Below, one piece after another: positions 18,893-28,893 of a stretch of DNA of 44,001 nt; the first letter of the stretch is position 1, and each line of letters starts with the position of its first letter. Source of the DNA: Thraustochytrium aureum (taxonomy: Eukaryota). A program made the position numbers and the translations under genes. The notes beneath the pieces are model-generated. The model was not told the origin of the DNA. It saw nothing but the letters and a program-made list of their open reading frames with translations, and did no database searches. The stretch spans positions 32,696 to 76,696 of the forward strand of contig BLSG01000422.1 in NCBI GenBank assembly GCA_012862495.1, given 5' to 3'.

Positions 18893-19780
18893 ATGTCGCT
18901 CCTTCAGTCGTGCTCGTACGTGCCGGAGATGCTCATGGACGCCCCCAAGGAGATCAGAAAGGCCGACGCAGCGCGCAAGATCCGCGAGTGCGTGGGCGCC
19001 GCGTTCGTCAAGCTGTACAAGCTGGGATGCATCGTGACCGTGCGGAGCGGGAACGGAGTCGTGCTGCGCCGCAAGGAGGACGGGAGCTGGGGTGCCCCGT
19101 GCGCTGTGCAGATGTTTGGCCCGTAAGTTGTGGCATATGCGGTTGCACTGAGCAGTATCGCCGACGGCTGTCTGGCTGTCTGGCTGGCCGAACGCGGGTG
19201 GGCCCCCTCGCCATCGCAACTGCTGCAAAGGCGGGGTTCTAACTGTCGCTCTGCCCCCACNNNNNNNNNNNNNNNNNNNNNNNNNNNNNNNNNNNNNNNN
19301 NNNNNNNNNNNNNNNNNNNNNNNNNNNNNNNNNNNNNNNNNNNNNNNNNNNNNNNNNNNNNNNNNNNNNNNNNNNNNNNNNNNNNNNNNNNNNNNNNNNN
19401 NNNNNNNNNNNNNNNNNNNNNNNNNNNNNNNNNNNNNNNNNNNNNNNNNNNNNNNNNNNNNNTCTGCGGGGCCCATCGGGCGCCAGGGCGAAGCCCTCAT
19501 GACAACCGGGTCCAAGGAGGGCCTGACCGTGTTCTGCTCGAGCAAGGGCCTGTACGGCGGCGTTTCTCTTGAGTTTGGTGGCGTTATTGTCGACAAGACT
19601 GCCAACAACGTCATGTATGGCCGCCCGATCGCCCCGAGCGAGATCCTCAACTCAGAGCCTGCCCCGACGGGCGAGATTTTCCAGAAAATGTACGCCGCGC
19701 TCGAGGACATTGCGAGCGCGCCGCTCGATGAGCCGGAGATGGCCCACGCTTCGCCAGAGACGCAAGCGACGCAGCAGTAG
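18893..19780 (+). CDS. SYLF-domain (Ysc84/SH3YL1-like) lipid/actin-binding protein; intron from 19123 running into N gap
   Basis: KLGCIVTVRSGNGVVLRRKEDGSWGAPCAV and SAGPIGR..FCSSKGLYGGVSLE..DKTANNVMYG..SEIL are SYLF hallmarks. CC|GTAAGT donor at 19123 and CTAAC branch site near 19239. Confidence 0.85.
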
Positions 19781-20248
19781 CGATCTGCTCGCTGCACTCC
19801 CACCACACATTCCAAAGCTTGAGGCCAAAGCTAGCCTCAGGCGGCAGTAGGACGGCCTCCGTGCGCGGGGATCACGAAATTCAAATCCGCAATGGAGCTT
19901 CTAACCCCCGCGGTGGGCGTAGTTTATCTTTCTTTCTTTCTTTCCTTGCTCTATAGCTAGCTAGGCTCTGTGTTGCACTTCTGTCGACCTCAAGACAGGC
20001 CAGCCCATGACCAAACGAACGAGCTCATGTGGGTGGACTAATAGAACGTGAAACGTGTAAAAAAGCGCAACTCGGTAGGCCTCGTGCAGTGGGCCATGAA
20101 AGCCCAAGCAGGGGCACCGCACTGGCGTGATTAATTGTCAAAATCGGCGAGGACCATCAACAAAACGCAGGTCTCCACGACGCCTATGCAGGCCGCATCG
20201 AATAGCTGCCGCGCCAAAACCCACACGACGGCCATTGAAAGCGACCAC

Positions 20249-21992
20249 CTATGCAAACGAACGTGTCGCGACACGGACGAACAGGTTGTGCAGCCAATTC
20301 GGGTCCGCGGAAAGAGCCGAGGATAAGGAAGGAGAATCGCTCGCCAACTTTGACGCGTCTGCAGGGCGGAACGTCATGAACGTTTCAACGAAAAAGACCC
20401 CAGCAGCGACCTGCGGCCAAATACGGTGCACAGCTTTGACGACCGTCGCGCGAACCTGAATCGCGTCAAGGTGCTCGTGAGCCCACATGCAATCGAGAAT
20501 ATCGGCGGTGACAAATTCGTGGACAGCCTCGCCCCGAACCGGTCCACCTGCGCCTTCGCCCCCAGCACCGAGTCTAGTAGTTGTGTAGATCGAGCGGGAT
20601 TGGCTCGATTCGGAGTCTTCGTCCGAGTCACCGCTCTCGTTGGCGTCTTCGGCGAAAAACGTGACGATTTTGGCTCGGAATGCTGAAAGCAGCCGCCGCA
20701 AGCCTTTCGGGCTGGCGCACACGCGCGCGACGCCGTCCAAACCGAACGGCAAGAACGCCACCCCGCTGGCAGACTGGCCCCGGTTGTCGGGCCGGCGAAG
20801 GCGCAGTTTGAACGCAGTTTCGAAGGCTTGGTTCGTGTCCAGGAATGTCCGCCGCCACACGAGACCATCGTCGCTGCCGGGGCTCCAAAAGGTACTCAGC
20901 TTGAGAATGGGTTGGTCGCCGCGAATCCACGAGGCTGGTGCCGTGGCGAGAGAGGTAGTCGAGCGAGGGGCGTCGAATAACGTGCCGAGCCCCAGGCTCA
21001 TCGAGCTCGCGCTTAGCGAGTGTTTGGCCCAAGCGTCCACGGGAGCGATGGCATCCATTCGTGGCGACGCACCAGCAGCCGCAGAGCAGATCGTTGGCGA
21101 CAACGAGCGATTGTCAAAAACCGGTGGCGACCGCTGCGCCATGGAGCACAGCGCAAACGCATGATCGACGCTCACGTGGGAAACCGCATCCGTTGGTATT
21201 CCGAAGGCTTGGCTCCAGGCCAACGCGACGTGATATAGTTTGGGCGCGTCATTGAACTTGGCAAACGACAAGATGCACTTGAACATGTTGGACAGGTCCA
21301 CCTCACGCTCTTTGAGGAGCGAAAACGAAAGCGGCTGGGGCATAAGCTGTTGCTCGTGGTGAACGAGCTGCTGCACGAGCAAAAACGACTCTATAAGTGA
21401 GCGCGGTGAAGGCCCGAACAGGGATTTGCCAGATCCGCTCGGCTCAAGTTCTACGACGGGCGCGCCAGTGGCCATCGCGACGGTGGAGAACTGAATCTCT
21501 GGAAACGGCCCGCGCGACCGCATATTCGCCTTGTCCGTCTTGATTTCGGATTCGGGTGAAAGGGTGGTGCTGAGCACACTTCCCCGCCTCTTTCCGGACG
21601 ACGCCCCGTGCCTGCCCGCGCCCAAGTTTGGTGCCGACAACCGCCGTTTCTCAATTGCGGCAGCCCCGCGCTCATGGCCAACGCCAGGCTTTGAAGGGGC
21701 CTTGGGCGCGTCCGAGTCGCGAATCTCGGGGCCCCTCTCTGGGCCTTTCATGAACCTCGTCTCGTGTCGCAGCCTCGCGGGGTGTTCGTTTACCAGAGGA
21801 CTGGGTTGAGTGTCCAACTGAGCGCGAGAGAGGCTGATCTGCTGCATGGAATCTGACCGCTGCGTAGCGACGCTTGGCCAGCCGTTGTTGCGGGCGACGT
21901 TGAACGCGAGCTGTGGCTGGACGAACGGAGGCGCAAGCCCGCGCGCTTGAAGCAGCTGCTGCTGCTGTTGCTGTTGTTGTTGCTGTTGCTGC

Positions 21993-22051
<59 letters not shown>

Positions 22052-22788
22052 TTGCTGCACTTGTTGCTGTTGCTGGAGTTGCTGCTGCTGCTGGTGTCGA
22101 TGAAGTTGCTGCTGCTGCTGCTGCTGGTGTTGCAGTTGGTGCAGTTGGTGCTGTTGCTCCTGTTGCTGAGTGAGGAGCATATATTGCGAGATTGAAGGAG
22201 CGCCAGGCACGCTCGGCGCGGGTTGGCTACCAGGGAATGAATTTGCAACCGGACTCGTTGAACTCTTTGCAATCTGGACGGGCTGTGGATTCAACATTTG
22301 CTGGGTGACTGGATTGGTGTGGCTTCCACGTACCGTGTCCTTGAACCGGGGCCACTTTAGCTGAGGCATGTTGCCCGTCAAGCCAGAGCTTGCAGCATAT
22401 TGGTCACCGCCGGACCGCGTCTCGGGGGGTCGCTCTTCGATTGAACCAAAGGGTTGGTTTTCAACCATCGCATAGGCTGCGCTGCTGCCCGCTGTGGCGC
22501 GCACCCCTTCAAGGAGCGCGGGCTGAAGCGACAACGCATGCTGCATTTGCGTTTGTAAAGGCGACCCGAGCTGGACGGGGACGTGGCCGTGGCCGTCGAC
22601 CCAAACAAACTGGAGCAAATCGCCAATGCTTGGCTGCGCCTGCCTCTGTGTGACCTGCCCAAATGTTGGTTGCCCGACATCGTTGGAAGATGCACTGGAA
22701 AAACCGAGGCCCGGCACAAGTTGGACGAACGACTGGGAGCCACGGTGAGCATTGTTCGCGTCGGCAGTGACTTGCTGGTGCATCTGAA

Positions 22789-22828
<40 letters not shown>

Positions 22829-23677
22829 AGACGGCTCTCGAAGAGCGCTTCCGGGAGCCAAATAGACGTACGGGTTTGGCGGTATCTGCATGCCGAATTG
22901 CTTAACCGAGTCAAAGAGCATCGTCGCGTTTGGCATCGACACTGCATTGTAGGCAGCAGGATCCTGCAAGAACAAAAGACTGCCCTCAGGCAAGGCACTT
23001 GCCGTTCTTTTGCTGCCGATGCCAGCAATTTCGCTTTCAAGTGCAGAATTGCGCTGCGCCGCACTGTGTGGCTTTCGACCCCGCTTGTGCTGCTCGCGGA
23101 AGCGGCATTCAATGCCGCGCCGCTCGCACCTCGCGCAAACTGGATAGCCTTCGCACTTGACTTTGACTCGCGTGCAGTTCTCGCACGTCTGCTTCAGCTT
23201 GGAAGCCCGGGCAGACAGCGCCATGGATTCATCGTTGCTGGCCGCCCCATACTCGTCCGAAGCCATGATGTCCTGACTCTTCGATGCTGGGCCCTCACTG
23301 GATTTGTCGGCCTCTGGCCCGCCCTCTGTGCCAGAGTCGCTCTGCACTGAGGCGGCTTTGCCGCGAACATTCGATGCCGAGGTTGAGGACATCGCAGTAT
23401 CCCCAGTGCTGGATAGGTCGGAGCTGCGCATCGGACGCCGTGAGGAAATGCTGTAGGCGTCGGAATCCCTGCGCTGGTCCCGACGTTTGAGCCCCGCGTT
23501 GAGGTCTTGGCGCTCATCGACTTGCAGGCGGTCTCTGGTTGCGTTGACCTCTGTTGCGTCGTTTCGCTTGCCCGTCAGCTCGCTTTCCCCGTCGCTGCTG
23601 TCGTTGTCGCGGCTGTTGCCGTCTTGAAGGGCTTCGCCATGGAGCGGCTGTACATGTGCGGTGTTCTCCTCTGCCAT
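20249..23677 (-). CDS. Zn(II)2Cys6 binuclear-cluster transcription factor with long polyQ tracts
   Basis: CENCTRVKVKCEGYPVCARCERRGIEC (six Cys, Gal4-type spacing) followed by basic KRGRK, then Gln-rich regions. First ATG is 23677; the true 5' end may lie in or beyond gap 23819-24112. Confidence 0.85.
21956..22168 (-). repeat. CAG/CAA trinucleotide repeat encoding polyQ
   Basis: Directly visible; a second pure 12-codon tract lies at 22790-22825. Confidence 0.95.
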
Positions 23678-25760
23678 CGACCGGTCCGCCGCTCCAGCGA
23701 GCAAGCGCAACGCCGCCGTCAACGTCGTAGCCCAGCCCGTCCGCCGCCACTTCCGGCGGCCCTTCTCGAGCACGAGAGCGAGCGAGCCGCGCTCGCCAGC
23801 GGCACGACCACCTCCAACNNNNNNNNNNNNNNNNNNNNNNNNNNNNNNNNNNNNNNNNNNNNNNNNNNNNNNNNNNNNNNNNNNNNNNNNNNNNNNNNNN
23901 NNNNNNNNNNNNNNNNNNNNNNNNNNNNNNNNNNNNNNNNNNNNNNNNNNNNNNNNNNNNNNNNNNNNNNNNNNNNNNNNNNNNNNNNNNNNNNNNNNNN
24001 NNNNNNNNNNNNNNNNNNNNNNNNNNNNNNNNNNNNNNNNNNNNNNNNNNNNNNNNNNNNNNNNNNNNNNNNNNNNNNNNNNNNNNNNNNNNNNNNNNNN
24101 NNNNNNNNNNNNTGCTGGGCCCGTCGAGGCCTGCTCTGCGGCCAGCTCGAGTGGTGGAGTGCGCCCAAGTCAACAGAGTGGGCGGCGGGGAGGCCGCACG
24201 ACTGATCAGTAAAGCACTTACTGGCAGAGCAGAGTACCCGCCTGCGTCTTGCGGGTGGGGAGCGAGCGAACTACTGAGGTGGAGAAAGGACGCGGCAGGT
24301 CTTCTGCGCCGCCTCGGCACACGGACGCAGAGGCCGCAGCAGCAGCAGCGGTCGCAAGACTCAACAAGTGTGATTTGTAGAGTATGTAGGTACTCCTTCG
24401 ACTTCCTACCACCTACCAGTACCACTTACTTACCGTATCGAGCGTGAAGGAAGGCAGGGGTGGTCTGTTCACCGTCAGTGGAGGAAACGACTGCGGCGTT
24501 TGCTTGTTTCGCCGCCCCAGGGCCCGGCCCAGGCGCTCAAGAGGAACGGAAGCCAGGGCGTGGACCGCGCGCAGCCTCCCAAAAGGGGTGAAGCTAAGCA
24601 ATCTAACGCGAGAAGCTAAGTCCGACAACTGGCGACCCTCAAGAAGGATAGAGAGAAAACTAGAACGACCTGCGAGCACACGAAGCTCAAACTGCGCTGC
24701 TTCTGTGTGGGGCATGGACTGGCAGTGGTACTGCGCTTGGCTTGCTATGCCGACGGCCTTGCTCAATACTCCGCACAGTTCTTGAGAGGTACCACACCAG
24801 AGCGAGGTATGGGTGGAAAAACCGTTGTCAGCCTGCCGGTACCGAACCTACCTATCCTACCTATCCCAAATCTCCAGTCCACTGGCACGTCACGATCGCC
24901 GCGCGCGAGTCGAACAAAGCTCGTCTTGCTGAGTCAATCAAGATTGAAAGAAGCCGCGTTGATGATTGATGAGGAGGAGTGCCCTCTTTCAGTTACTAGA
25001 AGAAAAAAGAAGACGAAGTGGCGAAGCGGAGCACTGGCGCTTGAGCCGCCGAAGCCGCTTCGTGGAGACGTGAATCACGTGACCACTTGGTGCAGACTCG
25101 GACATGGAGGGGGCAAAGTAGGTGGGCACTCTACTCCAGTACACCGCACGACCCGGCGACGCACGTGGAATTGACGCGAAAGCCGAAAGAAGAGTGGACG
25201 TTACTCCCCGTTATTCGCAGCTCCGGACGCTTGGTCGTGCTGGGTCTGGCTACCACAGGACTGCCTGCCTGCCTGGTCCACGGGCTTGGGAACTAACGCC
25301 AGCACGCGGCCTCTGTCGCTGGGAGGGATGGGAGCCGCCGTTAGAAGGAGCAACAACCAACTCCTCGGCCAACGATGATCAGAGTCCTACCAGCCAGGAG
25401 GATCGGTTGACCCTCCAAACCGGCCCAGAACCGTGGCGCGCAGCCACGCTCATGTCAGCCGCACTGGGTGGCCGGCACACTCCACAGCGAGCCGCTTCCT
25501 GCGACGCGCATTTCGTCTTCGACGGCTCACCCAAGCGACGTGACTCAATGCAGAACGACCTGAAACGAGAAACCAGGGTCAACGTCCACGGCATCAGCCA
25601 GCCGCTGGCCTCGCGGGCCTCGCGGGCCAGCCAGCCGAGGCCGCCCACTGGCGCGGGCTGGCGGGCCGCCAAAAGCCGTTGACGTCCTCGAACATCGCCT
25701 CGCCCGACATGATGCTCTTATTTTGCCGTGGGATAGTTTCGCAGATGGCGGTTGCGCGCG

Positions 25761-28399
25761 ATGGACGCGCAGACTCCGAACGCGGCGGGCAGCTCGCGGG
25801 CGCCGATGGCCGTGGAGCGCGGTCTAGTGCACTGGGCCAACAGCCTTGGGCCCGCAGTTTCCCCCAGCGCTTTGGTGGTCGACGAGCTGAGNNNNNNNNN
25901 NNNNNNNNNNNNNNNNNNNNNNNNNNNNNNNNNNNNNNNNNNNNNNNNNNNNNNNNNNNNNNNNNNNNNNNNNNNNNNNNNNNNNNNNNNNNNNNNNNNN
26001 NNNNNNNNNNNNNNNNNNNNNNNNNNNNNNNNNNNNNNNNNNNNNNNNNNNNNNNNNNNNNNNNNNNNNNNNNNNNNNNNNNNNNNNNNNNNNNNNNNNN
26101 NNNNNNNNNNNNNNNNNNNNNNNNNNNNNNNNNNNNNNNNNNNNNNNNNNNNNNNNNNNNNNNNNNNNNNNNNNNNNNNNNNNNNNNNNNNNNNAAGCCC
26201 CGGGCCAGCCGTGGAACACCAGCCTCCTGCTCTGCCCGCGCGCGATTCGAACGCGCTCAGTCGCGATCGCCCGCTTGGCCGTGCACGGCGCAAGGCGGAT
26301 GCCCCCCAGTTCCTTCCACCACACGCCTGAGCCTGTTGCGCACCTCGCGCCTGCGGCAGCGCCGCCCCAGCTCTGCCAGTGGAGAACCTGGCGAGGAAGC
26401 GCCACGGCCGCCCTGGAACGCCTCAACCGAGGTGGACCGCCCTCATTCCTCCGCCGTCGCTACGCGCCCTGGGCGCACTGAGGTGGCCAGCGACGCGGAG
26501 TTGTCGGTCGATCAGCCTGCGGCGAGGGCCTTTCGCGCCGGGTCGCTCGTCGACCCCACGTTCAAACCAACGCTTGCACAGCTTCCACGGTCGCCGGACC
26601 CGCCGCGCCAGCGGGGACAGCAGCACCTGGACGCTGGGCCGAGAGGGCCTGGTCAGCTCTTTGGGCTAGATCACGCGTTGCGTCGTCCGCGCCGCGCAAC
26701 ACGGCGACGCGCGCTTGCGCCGCAGACCGACGTTGCCGACCTGTCATCGGCCGATGCTTCTGCCAGCGCGCTGAGCATTCTGCGGTCGCTGGCCTCAGAT
26801 CCCAAGCAAGTCGGCGCGCTACACGCCGAGCACCGCACAACCCTGGCGTGGCTGCTCCTCCCAGACAACCTTCCACGTATCTTCGCCCGCTTTCGCTCGT
26901 TTGGGGCCACACTTGGGCTGCGCACCTCCGAGCTCAACCCTTCCGACTTATTTGACCATGTCGCTCAAATCTTCAAGAGCGGCGTATTGCTCTGCGAGAT
27001 CGTGAGGACCCTGCACCAGCGCAGCGCTCCAGCCGACACCTCCCTGCCTTGCGTCGAAAAGCTATACAAGCAGCTCGACGGAAAGGTTCGCAAACAGCTC
27101 CTGCTGAGCGGCGTCACCCTCGACGCCAAGACGCACGGCGCGCGCGTCAAGAATGTCACTGTAGCACTCTCGGTGCTGCAGGGCCGCTCGAACATGCCGC
27201 CCCGGCACCTCTACGGAGCCGACAAGGTCGCCTTTGCGAGTCCTGGAGCAGTCATCTGGGAACTCCTGGCGGACGTGCGCACATCGTTTGGGGAGCCCAT
27301 GCCGCCGCCACTACGAGCCGCGGGGGGCCTCGCCGGGTCGCGGGCTCGCACTCGCCCTCGCAAACGGAGCTTGCCGCCACGGCGGCCGAAAACGCGGCCA
27401 CGGAGCTCTTCTTTGGATGAGCGGCGCCTCAACGCCTGGCAGCCACCGCGGGAGAGCGACCGCGGGCCCAGTTTCAACCCGGAGTACGATGTCTTGCAGC
27501 AGGCGCCAGTCTTCTTGCGTGCCCCGCCACGCCGCCGCAGCTCGACCTCATCCGTGATTGCTCACGGAAAAGGATTTCTTGTCACAAATTCGCAGGATCG
27601 CAATGCAGAGCGCCGACCGCAACAACCATTCCCCGGTGCGACGAGGAGTTCCTCGCCCATGCACGGCCTCACTGCGAGAGCGGCCCTTCCTCTCCCGAAG
27701 ACGGAGCCAGAAACGGGCCCCGAGCCAGTTGCAGCCCTTTCTCCACGAGTAGAGTCCCAGTTAATCGGCTGGGTCCTCTCCCTCCCCCTCCGCTCCGTCA
27801 CCGAGGCGCATCTTGCAGGCACGGCAGGCGAGCCACTGCTCCAAGATCCAGTCCGAAACGGCATTCTGTTCTGGGAAGTCTTCGCCGCCATCGATACGCA
27901 GGTTGCTCAGCTTCTAGCCTCGCAGCACACGCTGCACCGACCGCCGCGCTCCGTCGCGGAAGCAACGCAAAACATTATCGCGGCATTCCGAGCTATGGTG
28001 GCGGTGCTTAGCAATCCCAAGCCATGCCCCGCGCAAGTGCGGGACCGCCGCGCCCAACTCGTTGCACTGCTTTGTCGGGACGTAGAACCGCTTGTTCGCG
28101 GGGAGCGCCTCGCGCTTTTTGCGGTTTTACGCGCTGTGCACCAGGTTTACGGCAAGCCCAGCAACATGCCTTTCGCTCCAGAGGTCGCAGCACCGGTGGC
28201 GCTCGCCGCTGCAGACCCAAGCCTGCGTGACGCAGAAGGTCTCGAGCTCCCGAGACAGGAGTCCACAACTGAGCGGCTGGATCGCACGTACCGCCAAGCA
28301 CCGGATATAGTCCCAGGACAGGCCGGCACGAGGCGGGCAGGGTCTGGCGCTCGCCTTGGCCATGGCAAGCCACGTTCGCAGCGCCAGGCTCGCCGGTGA
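25761..28399 (+). CDS. Protein with multiple calponin-homology (CH)-like domains; spans N gap 25892-26194, with apparent frameshifts near 26305 and 26367; 3' end uncertain
   Basis: CH-like segments LVHWANSL, IFKSGVLLCEIV..RVKNVTVALSVL..IWELLADV and QLIGWVLSL..DPVRNGILFWEV..ATQNIIAAF..LFAVLRAVH. Confidence 0.65.
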
Positions 28400-28893
28400 C
28401 GCCGCCATGACTCCCCATCCGCAACAAACTACCATGCCAACTAGCTTACTTGAAATTGAGCGCCGACCTTGAGCCGGCCGAGGCCGCGCGCCTGCTGCTC
28501 GGCCGGCCTCCAGCAATGGCCGTGACAGTCGCAGGTCGATCGATGGTGAGGCAGTCCGTCTCCCGTTGTGTCAAACAACCAACCTGAAGGCTCTTGACCT
28601 TGAGGTCAAGGTCACCAGGCTTTGCAGACCTGTATCCTCCTCCCCCCTCCACACGGCAGCGCCTCTTCGAGCTCCACGCAGCTCTCCGCGAGCGCCGCGC
28701 AGGTGCAGGCGAGCTGCAAGCGCTGCTGGCTGGCCTCCAGCTGGGCGTGCGAGATACTGGTCGTGGAAAGGGGCGTGTTGTGTTTCGTGATGCGTGGAGC
28801 TGGCCTAGGTACCTGGAAGCCCGTGAACCCGACCTCCCGGAGGGAGCGGCGAGGAGCGAGCTCGGCGTTTGAGTGCGGTTGAAGGCGGCAGAC

